Shown in pieces: positions 1 through 12,767 of a stretch of 64,000 nucleotides of DNA (position 1 is its first letter; each line of letters starts with the position of its first letter). The stretch comes from Phoronis australis (Eukaryota > Animalia > Phoronida): NCBI GenBank assembly GCA_002633005.1, contig NMRA01000040.1:79362-143361 (forward strand), read 5' to 3'. Both the position numbers and the translations under genes were made by a program. The notes beneath the pieces were generated by a model that was not told the DNA's origin, did not search any database, and saw only the letters and a list, made by a program, of their open reading frames with translations.

Positions 1-196
1 AGAATCTAAAAATCCGTTCTTATCTCAGCAAGGAACAAAACAAGACCGACTTTTACACAAAGTGACTTAAATCAAGCAGGTTTTTTACTGAAAGTGCGGG
101 TTCATTGGACCCTTAAAATGACCATTCAGTGGAAAAACTTTGTATGCTTAAGACTATGCGTCTCCTCATGAGTTATATTTCAAAAAATCTACTTAC

Positions 197-3100
197 TGCT
201 GAGCCATGCCATGAAAAAGACTTCTAATATCAAATAGCCACTGCTGTCGACGATGATACCAGCTATGAGAGAGATCACCCCTAGACCCAAGTTCTGGACA
301 GATTGCATTCTGCAAGCAAGAATTAATGAAATGGTGATACTATAGCTGCAACAGAAAATAAATAACAGGAATGCTGTAACCTCTCTTGAATTTCGCACAA
401 GAACAGTTTCTGAAATTGCAAATTTTCATTTTTCAAAGGCTTTGATTACATAGTTAAAATGTGGAAAATACTAAAAAACCTTAGATTTATGATTGCAAAT
501 TAGTATCAATACGTTTATTTGTATTAACGGCTTCTGGCCCAAAATACAATAAACAAAAAAGAATTAAACAGGCACATATACACGCAATCAACCCATTTAA
601 GAGTTGCTCTCGTCTTTTAAGGGCAGAATACACACAATTAACAACAAATATATCTGGATTAATTAGCTAGTACAAACTATGCTAAAGACGAAGTAAAGTT
701 TTATCGCAACTTCCATTTTTGTCAAGAAATTTATAAGGTTAAAATTTCATATCTTTGCCACATTGTATGCTAAATTGAAGAGTGTTTAAAGTAATAATAC
801 ATTTTATGAAATGTCAACAAGTACAAGCTGAGAAATTCCATACCTTGTTGGCCAATTCAATTTTCGATATGTTCCTTGTTCACTGAATATTTTCTAAGTG
901 GACTATTAAATTTTGACAAAGCACGACTTTAAGGCGCAGAAAAGCTACAAGTTCCAAAAACCTCAAGAAGCTGTGCCATTGGTTATACACGAATGTGTAT
1001 CAACGTTTTTCAATCTTCTTGTAAAGCTGTAAAGATCAGCTGCCTTAACATCTAATGCTCTTTGTTCGCATTGCATATAGCATTACGAAACACAAGTTGA
1101 ACATATCTCAAACCAGGCCAAAGAATGTTTGCTTTTACAGTACAACCATAATAATTGCCTCCAAACAGACCCAGAGATATTGCCCAAAAAAGTTGTAAAA
1201 TCAACTAACCTGAAAGGCCAAGTAAACAAAAACCATGGAGCAAAAGTATCAGACTTCAGCAAAAATCCAATTTATTGATGCCAGACTTATGCAAGTTTTA
1301 TAGTTGTAAAATCTATTCCTATTCCAGGCAAAATAATAGCCAAAATTGACCTTTTTCATTTTTGAAGGCTTCTGAGTCAGAAATAGCTGCAATTATACAC
1401 AAGTTCTCAAAACATTTTCTGCTGGTAGCTCAGGTATAGAACGTAAAAATGGGTAAGCATTTATCTAGAGGTACTTGTCTTTTATGAAAAACATGAAGAA
1501 ACAAAATTTCCTTTGTCCTCTATATTGTCTCCTAAATTGATGAGGTTTTTGTCATTTGTGATTAACATGGCAGCTTCCTTTTTATGTAACGAGAATACCC
1601 ACCATTTTTACACACCAAAAACTCAAATAGTCCAATGTTGAAGACAACTATAAACCGAACATCCAAAAAGCAGATGACAATTCCCCAAAGACTCACATTC
1701 CATATGCTGTTCCAAGCTGGTAGTCAGGCACTAACTGAGCAACGAGTGGCCAGAGGGAGCTGGCAAGAATGGAATACGACATTCCCATTATTGACTGAAA
1801 TAAATGTCAGAAGAAAATGAGACAAACGTCTATGGACTGCAGTCGTGCCAATTGTGAACTAAATAAACAATAGATGAGCAACAATGGCCGAGACATGTTC
1901 ATTATGGACTGAAATAAACAACAAAAGAACATCAGATAAACTGCCATGGACTAAACTCGTTCTGATTATAAACTGAACGAACAGTAGATAATGAAAGATG
2001 GTGTGAGATAAGTCTATCATGGACTGACATAGATGACTACAGAAGAACATCTGGCATATTAGTCATTCCCCACTTGCTTGTACAATCAGTCCAACACTAA
2101 ACAGAATCACACACTAGTCACTTACAAAGGTCCTGCATTTGAGGACCAGTTTTCTACACTGAATGATGGGCATGACACTGGTTCTCAGAACCCGGGGAAC
2201 CTGAAAGCAACTATTGCCCAGAGTAAATTTGTTTTCCATTAGAGGAAACATTTTGATGCATAAAATGGCAAAAGTCAGATATAACACACCCACATTTTGA
2301 GAACCAGTTTGATGCCCATCATCCAGAGGAGAATACTGGTTCTCAAAATGCAGACATGTTTCATCTGACTATTACTCATAAACAACAACCTATGATTCCA
2401 AATTATCAAGTTCAGTCTTCAAAAAAGACGAGTTGCCTGTTCTATAAAAGCAAAATCATACTATGGCAGGAGTTGAGCGCCATGTTATAGTGGCAAGTCC
2501 TTGGATTGAGTTTTTAAATAAGGTAAAACAACAAATGAAGACTGCAGTTTTACATTCGGGTAGTAGTTAGGCATTGTACAAAGATATGTCAAAATAAGCA
2601 GAGTCTACTCACCATGGCAACAAAAGGATTCACAAAGGTGAAGGCCAACAGGGCATGACAGCCCAGGGTGATCAATGTCCCCAGCATTACCCAGAATACA
2701 TTGCGTCCAGTTTTGTCAATGATGAAACCAAACAATGGCGAAGCACCCGCGGATATAATGTATACAATACTGCAACATACAGACAAAGTGGGTTTTATGG
2801 CAATAACATCTTTACTCACTGAAAAGCTATCATTTTTTACTCAACATAAATGAAAACAGTATTTTCTTCAATTAAGTCATTGTATAAGCTGAGCTTGTGT
2901 TTTCGAGCGACTAGTTTGGGGCACGTTTAATAAGGCATGCATATTGGAGAAGCCAGGTACAGTCAGACTAGCAATAAATACAATATGATGCATGATCTTC
3001 ATAAAAGTTAATACAGTTTGATACAGTCTCAAAAATTTGGAACACCAAAATTCAAGCCCAAATGGAATTCTCTCCATTCTGAAGGTTGCAGTAAGGGTCA

Positions 3101-6100
3101 CTTTGGCATTTACCATGTCTCAAATATTGGACCTTGCATTTTGTATCAGAACAGCCTGAAAACACATTTGGAAATTCATCAAATCATCGAAAACAGCTGC
3201 TGACACAATGCTTTCATATGACCCCATTGTGTGTAACATCAAAGTAAATGACTGTTTGTCGTTTATCGTAGTCCTTGACAATATTTACTATTTCTAAAAC
3301 AATTCCTCACAATGCCCAACTGCAGAAGTTTCACTGTAAACACCTATTGGCGTACACTAAAAAATGGCTGCCACCAGATCTGATCCCATGGTTACACTGG
3401 AGTTTTGAACCATAAACCCAAGTATCACCTGAAATCGTGTTGTATATGCCACAACATATGGCCACAGGTGTCTCACAACTGACTAGCGTTCTCGAATAAC
3501 ATAAAAAATGGCAAGGCTGAATCTTGAGTAATGATTAAAAACAAAACCTAATGCCATGGACCAAACCATTAGGCCTGCGAACGTCTGATGCACCACAAAA
3601 GACAACATGTACTCATTCTTTCTTTTAACACAGACTTTGAAAATCCCAGAAAGCCTACGTTAAGCCTACATTAATCAAAACGACTCAAAATAATCTTACC
3701 TATTTACTGCATTGGCAAGGTATGGATCGAAGTCAAACTTCATTTCAAAAAATACTCTAGAAAACAAAAAATACAATTACAATAATGCAATAAAAAATGA
3801 AAATCACCAAACATCCCATATAGCTTGCAGTCTTTTTTGTGCCAGTTATTTATAAAATAAGTTTCAGAAAAAGATTTTTGGTTTTTAAGCCCTATATACC
3901 TGCTTTCTGTCAAAAAAAAAACATAACTTGCAATTCAGAAAACTTTATTGCTGTAAAATTGTTCTCGTCTTTAAAAATCACCTGCCAGTAAATAAAATGA
4001 GAAGAACGATGGTGCAGTGAAGACTCCACAATTCACCTGAAGTATGCCGTTTTGGAGGCCGAAAAGTCACACTCAAGCTAAGATACGAGTTATCAGACGT
4101 ATGCACAGGATAAACACGTCTGCTAAGATGTAATAGGCCAAATATACCACCAACCAGGAGATAGTAGAACTGTGGAAAAACTGAAAGCGCATTGGTTTGG
4201 AGGCTGAGATTGTTTCTTGTAACCGCAAAATTAAAACAAGATTCGTCATTAAACTACAAGTGTTGAAACAAAAGTCACCAAAAACTGTGAGCTCGAGTTG
4301 TACACATGAAATCTCGCATTAATAGCGCAATAAACCCAAGCCTTCTGTCAGAAACCAACTTTTGATTCAGACCACTTGCTGTTATAAAATTTGTCTCATC
4401 TTCCCCCATACGCCTTATTCACGCAGCCGCCATTTTAGTAGAGAGCCTCGTTTTAGGTTAAAAAAACAATCCATTTGAGACATAAATATAATGAGGCACT
4501 CAAAACAATCATGCTTTGCGCAGTGATTAAGCGCAGAATGCATTGTTTTTAAAACCTTAAAACAGGCTCACTTTTAAAATGGCGGCTACGTGAATAAGGT
4601 GCATACTGTGATTACATATGATTTTTAGCCTTGAGAAGAACTGACAGGTCATTACTGCTACAGGTAAACATTAAGTTGCTCGTCACAGCGATGTAATTTC
4701 AGTCACTACAGGGCAACAGGTAATTTGTTGCAACCAACTCTTATTCAAAAAAGAATACCTCTAGAACACAAAAGATATTGCTTGAAAGACAAATGCGGCT
4801 TTGAAGAAAGTTGAATTTAACATCAGAACATGGTTTACGGCCGCTTTCAGGGAACAGAGCAGACAACAAATATCATGACTTACAATCCTAGGCCAATGAA
4901 CGGAAACACGGCGACGTAATATGCAACACATATCACGCAGATGATCCAAACACCTGCAGAAAAATCTTTGACATCTTTGATGTTAATAACTTCGCCTGAA
5001 AAGAGGACAGGATGTAAAATGTATGCATTGTTTTACATGATTCGATAGAAACCGATCTGCACTCAAAGAAGCCATTTCCTGTAAATAATACAGCACTTCT
5101 TAGGACACGGCAAAATCAGTAACTTCAAACCAGTAGAATTCAACTACAAGCCACAAGAAGGCACAGCGTTCATCGAATCTGATCTAAAGTCGTCATCGTC
5201 CAATGTTAACTTCATTTAAGTACACATATGTGTAAAATTTCATGAATATAAATCAAAGGGTTTTGGAAATAGAGCAGTGGACGCTGGATGCCAGACAGGA
5301 ATGACGGCATAATACACTCACATATAAAATATGTAGGCACATAAAAATCAAATCCTAAGGAATTTTTACTTTCAGAATTATATATTTTCACTGAGTTACA
5401 TTCTATGCTTTTTTGTAGATATTTGGCTAAATTTACAAACTTGTCGATAAGGTCTTAGATAACCTTAAGAATCTCATCATTGACAATGTACAAGACTCAA
5501 GGCCTTTCATGTACCAGCTAATATTGTGGTGCAATTCTATTGGCAAAAGTAACTAATAAAAATTGAATCGCAGTAGGCCCATTAATGCGAGCCTTTTCCC
5601 AGAAATTCTCCAGATCTTTTTCCACACAATCGTTTTCCTCAAATATGAACATAGCCAATAATTCTACAATTTTTTAATTTGACTTCATGCAATGAAGTTT
5701 CAAGATTTCGGAAAACACTCACAAAAAACCTGCTCGTAAATGAGCTTCAAAACACTGAAAGTTTGTTCAAAGACATTAACGGATGCCAAACCTGTTTTCC
5801 CAACATCTCTTTTGAGAATCCTTGATGCCCGCTTGTCGAGGTAGCCGAGATACAAAGCACAGACCAACGAAAACACACATGTCAGCACAGCTAGAAAAAA
5901 ATTACCAACCTTGCTTTCAAAAACAAGTGAAAACCAAATGGAATAATATTCTTTCGAAAACAGTAAATGTCATGGCTATCTTAATTCACATAGACATCTT
6001 CCGTAGCTACCGATCTGCACAATAAAAACTGGGGTCATCAACACTTCGCTGCTGGTGAACCAGAGCTGTTAGACAGTCTACATGAAACTGAGAAGGAATG

Positions 6101-9100
6101 TAACAGCTATTTGAAGTGATTGACAATGCGCATTTACCACTTTTAACATATTCATATCTACATATTCAGATATCTTGTCCTATCGTGAAGTTTCATAAAT
6201 TATTTCAAAGAATGTCACAAGAATTTAAAAACTTAATTACAAAAATACCAACAATAACAACTACAATAATAATAATAAATGTAACCTACATACTGAAACA
6301 CTACTGTAAGACGTTTACTGTTTAACTTATTAATTTTAGCCCACGCAGCCTCTATGTCTATCCTTAGCTGCTTGTGGTCTGAATGTGACCCATTGTCTGA
6401 ATGTGTCCCATTGTCTGAATGTGTCCCATTGTCTGAATGTGACCCATTGTCTGAATGTGACCCATTGTCTGAATGTGTCCCATTGTCTGAATGTGTCCCA
6501 TTGTCTGAATGTGACCCATTGTCTGAATGTGACCCATTGTCTGAATGTGACCCATTGTCTGAATGTGTCCCATTGTCTGAATGTGTCCCATTGTCTGAAT
6601 GTGACCCATTGTCTAAATGTGACCCGTTTTTGCATATGAACTGGTGTGTGCCGACTTCTATTCTGCACACTTGGGTGTTGGCAGCGTACCTTGTGCTCTG
6701 GACAGGACAGGATGTATTTGAGAGCTGCAGTATTGAGGAGATTTCATTTCCTATTTTTGTATTTTGTCTAAATTGCTATTAAAGTAGTTACTATGTAGTT
6801 TTTGTTTTTTGTAGAACCGAACTAAAGAAGAATTGCAACTGTTTATTGGTTTCACGTATCTCAATATTGTTTTAAACCTGACACCTCTTGTCTTTGCCGA
6901 CACAACTCAAGTCCACTAACTTTAAGTTTTTTTTTATACACCATTTTCGAATGGTTTTCAATTGTTAGCAATTGAGACTAGACAAGATTTTGCGACTTTC
7001 CGCAGTTTTGATTTTTCCATTCGCATTCCATTGCAAATGTATCAGACTGCAGGGAACACCAATTAGATTTCTTTGTGATTATTGTTTACTTAGAGAATAC
7101 AAGGCCATGCATGTTTAAGGATTTTTTGTACCTGATTAACATGCACAAAAATGTTGAATTTGAATTTTAACCATCTTATACCCTAAACTTTGGTCAAGCA
7201 ACTTTAAGTAAAACATTACGACTGTCAAATCCTTACCAATGTAGAGGGCCAAGCCAAGATTCTGCGAGCCCGGAAGGTTGAATGTATCTTTAACTTTGGT
7301 ATAAAGTGACTGCATGACGTTCATATTGACTGTGCTTCCCTGCAATTTTCAAAAGACAGCTGGTTTAGAAACTCATCTCCAAACACAACAAAAACTCATG
7401 CAAGTCAGCAAAAATTGACACAGCAACTGACAGAACTAAATCAACGAAGTCCAAAGTTAAAAGCAAGACAAAAGCACTTGAAATAGGAGTTGAAACTTTA
7501 GTAATAGTCACTAACAGGGCTCCCTGCATTTCAAGAACCAGTTCTCCAATTTATAAGGGGCATTAAGATTGTTCACAAAATCCGTGACCCTGAGACTATT
7601 GCCGAATTTTCTATATTTGTGTTGAAAATTCTGAATGAGTCGGCAAGTAGAGAGGCATAAAAATCAATTATGCCAGGTTATCGGGGGTAAACAGTGATAT
7701 AAGGGGTAAGACTTTCTTTTTTTAGAAAAGTGTATTTAATCTATTCCAATAGTAATGTATGAAAATGTCATTAAAACACAGCTCCATGTTACGGTCTTGA
7801 CATGGATATATTCTAGAGAACTATAACATACACCAGTCCACTATGCTGTCTAATTCTCAACTAACAACAATGCACAATACAATACAACACCACATGCTTA
7901 TGAGTTGCCATCAGGTTCTAGAGAACAATTGTTTAGCATAATTTAGTAGAGCATTGTGGGTAACTATGTCAGAATCACAAGAGGTGCTGTAGTATTTTGG
8001 GATGTGACTAGTCATTTATACTTTACAGCAAAGAAATACAGCATTGCCTATTTCGTTGTTGCATACGTCACCTAGTACCCCAAAATTACAATTAAGGTTA
8101 CATTTCATCAAAGTCGAACAAAAATTGTTATTCTTCCTTTTTTCTAAATGCTCAAAATTTCTGTGTGTGTTTCTTGATGGTAGTTGCACGGCTTAGACTA
8201 GGCATGTAATGAAGCAAAGTTTTCTTTCTGTTTACTTTTATTGAAAAATTCTTCGAAATGCAACTTTACTGCTCAGCCATATTGAGTTCCAAACTGAAGT
8301 AAATTCTCATTAATCAAACATTCCATCAAATCTTTTACTAAAAGTTATTATTGGTTTTGATGACAACAAAATATTTACGTACAATTCGCGCCATACTCAG
8401 TTGCAGTCCAAACACCATGTTAAGTTCTTTTTCTTTGAACCAACAGACGGCGTAAGTGTTCTGAGCAACGGCCAATGACTCTCCTCCAATGCTACAAAGT
8501 TATAAATTTACATACCTCAAAAACAACACAACTAAGCCTCTTTCAGCATCACTACCCAAAGCAAAGACCCCTTATTAGAGATCATCAGAAATGAAAAAAA
8601 TACAACAACATATTCAGTTACATAATTCTTTATCCTGTACAATTAAAATAATTGCCAAAAGCACAAATTTTTTCAATTTTCAAAAGCTGACAGCACAGAA
8701 TTAATTTTGTACCAAACTTTACTTCATAAAAGCTGTGCAGCACTAACTGTGTTGATCGTAAAACAGAATTTTCTTTATGATCATTTTTGTCGAGAAATTT
8801 GACAAAATGAAAACAAAACGACAGCCATGTTGCGTGATAAACAGGTGAAAATTTACTGCAATGCCCTGAACCTTCCACATAAGGATAAACAGATAACTTT
8901 GCTAGCTCTAACAAAGGAATACTTATGCATAGACAAGCATTGTATTCAACTGTTTATATCTCACCACACTGAATAAGGATAACAATGATATAATGATATT
9001 TTCATGGCTCAGAATCTAGACGTAAAAGACAAGTGAAGCATGGTTAATTTATGTGTATGACATGCTTTGGGTAAACTCATATTACGCAGTTTGATTGGTT

Positions 9101-12100
9101 AAGTCCTGAATTGAAATCTGAGTTGAGTCAGGATTCAGAGATTACACTCTAAGCACATTTCTATAACTGTTTAAAATCAGTTAAATGCTACATCGACAAT
9201 AAAAAAAAAACGAAGTGGTTCATTAATCCAAAAATTAAATCTACGAGCTCCATTCCAATTTCAGCCAAATCGAAGAAAACAAGAAAACCGTGTTCTACTG
9301 CCTTACTTCACGACTCGTTTTCTATGAATGGCAAAAATTTCAAAAATCAAAATAAATTTGACACTCGCCATTGTGAAAAACTGGATGACGCAAGGTAATA
9401 GTCACATTACCTAAACAACGCTCAAAAATGCCATTAGAGACAACTTACCCAAAAATAAATCTGCCAGCATCCATGAGCCACAGCTGACTTGTAAAGGCAC
9501 CAGTAGCAAACACCACCTGTTGGTGAAACAAAAAGGACTAAAATGACTTTTAAAAAATTTGAACATGAATTACACAAAGAGAATACATTAAAGGCACTGT
9601 TTCAACTAAATTTTTACATTTCTCTCATTGTAAAGAGAGTTACCAAGCACTAAAAGACCAATCTTACAAAGAACAAGCGGTAAACTGTAAGATAATTCAA
9701 TTTGATAGGGATACCTGTCCGACGGTGACAAACAGTGCAAACACAATGGCTCCCAGCCTGACACCAAAGACTCTGTCGATGAGGAAGCCACCAAAGAAAC
9801 AAATGATCACATTAGGCCAAGAATACCTGCAAAAATAGGAAGAAGGTACGTTAGATTTAAGGTAATCACTGACAGATACTAGCAACTGATATGTAGAGAT
9901 AGATGGTATGTAATTTAAACAAGTACAGTTGGTAACTGTTTCAGACAGGAAGTAAGATTTGTTACACATTAAATCAGCTGCTATAAACTTGCCTTCCATC
10001 AACTTTTGACCTAGATAACTGAGGCGACTTCTGGGCATGAGAACTGACAGTATGGTTATTGCTTAGATCACACAGGCTTGGATCTTAAATTGACCAGCAA
10101 TGAAAAGCCAGCATCACCAGCCTGGTCTAAAATACACGTCATGAACTCTCATTTCTTTCCAAGTCCAGACATCATTTCTAATCTGGGCGCGGAACAAGAA
10201 GAGTTTTAGGACAGTAATTTTACTAAATCAAAAGTTAACTTTTGACGAAAGGTGGGTTCATGACAGCTTTACGATATGAGATACGTTGAATTGTTTAAAG
10301 TTTCAAAAGAGACTTCCTTAACATACGTCGGGATTGGATAATGTAAACTTTGTCCCTCATATTGTAAGATTTCACCATAGATCCTCTCTCTCATATACAG
10401 CCTTGTTTTGTTTGACACACGTCGACAATGTTCATTATAGGAAACCCTGCCAACCACCATAAAAAATATGGCTTCAAATGTAGACCCATGGTTTACCTTA
10501 AGGAGGAGCTGTTAGTGAAAATTCCATGTAGGCATTGTTCCTCAAAGTACAAATGAATGTTTATATAGCACGCTTACTCTACATGATAGCCTCACGCAAG
10601 TAGTTGACGCAAACCCTGATCCCTGCATTTGTATTAAGTAAACTGTTGGGTTTTAATTACCAAGAGTAGAATGACATGAAGGTCCCAGTGTTGATTTTGA
10701 GGTCTGCCAACATAGTGTCTTGCATTGCGGCGGGGTTGTCATAGCAGAAGTAACTACCTGAAACCATAAGTACATGTGTTACTTACCAGTACAAGTCTAC
10801 AATGTAAGAAGCTAAAAACAAGCATGTGTCCTAACTAGTCACAATGAAAATTATTAGATACTGTAACAGTAAAGGAATCACATCAACTCTTCCTATACTC
10901 TTAGTCATACATACTAAAAGGAATGGTTGATAGAAAAGCACCAGTGATTATGGTTGGAAAACTTTTTCATCTCTCCAGTAACGCAAATGTATGCCCTGGT
11001 CACCAGGGCCTGGTGTACTTCCTGACAAGGGGACCTAGCATGACTGTTATGCAAAATGTACTACAAATCTTGTCATTAAAACATGCTTTGCATTAGTGGC
11101 ATTCCCATCTAAATACGTTGGAGAAAATTCAGATGTAGGTTTACTGAAAACCACCAATGCTAATTAAAAGTATTATTACTCTTTTACTTTCTATTTTGAG
11201 AATCTATACAAGCCCTTGAGTGGTACCAAAAGAAAATGATTGCGTCATTCAATTTAAAGCCACATCTAGTGCAATGTTTGAAACCGTTTTTTTTTTATTC
11301 ATGTTTCGGGGCATCATCCTTTGTTAGTAGAGAGAGCATGAGTGCCGTCTATGGAGAGTTAGCATTCCTTACAACACATGATTACAAACCATGAACTGAA
11401 TGGAGTTCATTGATCCAATGTATGAGAACATTCATTGCTGCTAATTTGATTTACTCTAATTTAACGGAGTTCAGTGAAGATGTTGCAACAACTAGATTGA
11501 CAGAGGACATACCACAAAAATAAAATAAGACGTACACATTCTACAAATGAAAAACAATTTGAAAGGAAATTATTTAGAATTTATCTGAACCTGGCTTGAG
11601 TTGAAAGTCTTATTAGTGAGCAAAAATGAAGTCTGGCATAAAATTCATGTCATTCCAAATAGTCTTCCTTCAATTAATTGGCTTGTTTTTTGCAAATAAG
11701 AACTTGTCGTCAAGATGTTATTGTGGAGTGACCATATGCATCAGGTGCATGTCATGAAATAGAGCATTGCCATCACCTGCTAAGTGTTTTCTTTTTCATC
11801 GGTGGTTCACAAAACTTAACTCTGTTTACAAAATGATGCAATTAGAAAAATATCGATTCAAAGAATATGAGAATTGTTTTCAGTCACTAGGTTGTAATTT
11901 TTCAATGAACTGTATTTCTGAGGAATTGCTACTTCGGTAAAGTTAAGTGCCATCTCCTGATACATATGCCCCTTCTACTAAAACAAAACATTGAGCAAAT
12001 AGCAGGTGCGTGTTGGCAACCCACTTTTTGCTACAGAAGGGGGAGGGCTTGGTGCCAGTGACTCAGAATGAGCTTATTTTAACAAGCACGACAATGTCAA

Positions 12101-12451
12101 TGTGTTATTCGAATACCAAAGATATAAAAAATACAGGTGATCGGGCACTGTACAGCTATAAATTTTGTTGCAAATGGAGAGCAGCTAAAACAACCTTGGC
12201 TTATTTCACATTTTTAATCACACTGATTCATAGCTCATAGCTGTGCTTAGAAGTTAGTACAGTCTGTTGAAATGGTCCTCACCAAAACTCAGAAAACACA
12301 TTAAGATCAAGACCAAATATTTGTGCACAGGCCTGTGTGGGTTGCAGCAGATAGAGGCACCACAACCAGACAGTTTCTCATCAGAGACATCGTCTGTGGT
12401 GGAGTCCTCTCCTAGGAGCTTTTTGCCTTCTGTGTCGCTTTCACCGTCCAT
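197..12451 (-). CDS. MFSD1: MFSD1-like lysosomal major facilitator superfamily transporter, 3'-partial. Coding exons: 12451-12283, 10757-10661, 9826-9715, 9516-9449, 8491-8383, 7339-7237, 5890-5792, 4995-4884, 3756-3700, 2769-2613, 1794-1697, 309-197; continues beyond the left edge
   Basis: All introns are GT-AG and phases join in frame. Spliced protein: MDGESDTEGKKLL...LILMCFLSFGSYFCYDNPAAMQ...YSWYSWPNVIICFFGGFLIDRVFGVRLG...GRFIFGIGGESLAVAQNTYAVCWFKEKELNMVFGLQLSMARIGSTVNMN...YYVAVFPFIGLG...SLWPLVAQLVPDYQLGTAYGIMQSVQNLGL. These blocks are characteristic of MFSD1. N-terminal [DE]xxxLL motif (EGKKLL). Confidence 0.95.
2113..2372. mobile_element. Degenerate palindromic MITE-like element (related fragment near 7500-7590)
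   Basis: Left arm CTGCATTTGAGGACCAGT...GATGGGCAT...CTGGTTCTCA is the inverse of right arm TGAGAACCAG...ATGCCCATC...ACTGGTTCTCAAAATGCAG. Confidence 0.6.
4409..4603. mobile_element. ~195-bp foldback MITE
   Basis: CCTTATTCACGCAGCCGCCATTTT...GAGCCT...TTTTAGGTT pairs with AACCTTAAAACAGGCTC...AAAATGGCGGCTACGTGAATAAGG. Confidence 0.75.
6377..6625. repeat. 18-bp minisatellite, 14 units GTCTGAATGTG[A/T]CCCATT, in an MFSD1 intron
   Basis: Directly visible head-to-tail units. The variable base runs A T T A A T T A A A T T A A. Confidence 0.97.
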
Positions 12452-12767
12452 CTTTCAACAGGTTCAGAGTGAAAAACAAGGAAGCCAGCAGTCACGAGTT
12501 CTCAGCTGACTACTCTAGGTACTGAAAGCTCTAAAACAGTAAAATTCATATTTTAAAAACTAATTTCATTAAAAGGCTTATTTTATATAATTATAATTGT
12601 CTTCTATTATAATACAACAATTATCTTTGACTTCAAAAATTTGAAAATGACATAAAATGTTTAGGGCTGAGACTGAACAGCCTCGTTGTCGATTGATTAT
12701 ACGGCTTCCGGTTTCAGTGCGGGAGTTTTGGAAATAAACAAAGGTTGGTTGCAAAGGTGACAGCAAC
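12452..12767. promoter_or_regulatory. Putative bidirectional promoter / 5'UTR region between divergent MFSD1 and BAP18
   Basis: Divergent ATGs at 12451 (-) and 12768 (+). ETS-type CTTCCGG core at about 12705-12711, ~60 bp upstream of the BAP18 ATG. Confidence 0.55.

Noticed and set aside
1790-2050. Degenerate GGACTGAAATAAAC-like repeats upstream of an MFSD1 acceptor
   Set aside because: Too decayed to define a unit or period.
6377-6625. CRISPR-like array or repetitive protein genes (SECDPL, HSDNGT, MGHIQT ORFs)
   Set aside because: Units are contiguous with no unique spacers. The ORFs arise because the 18-bp unit lacks stops in five frames; the array is intronic and eukaryotic.
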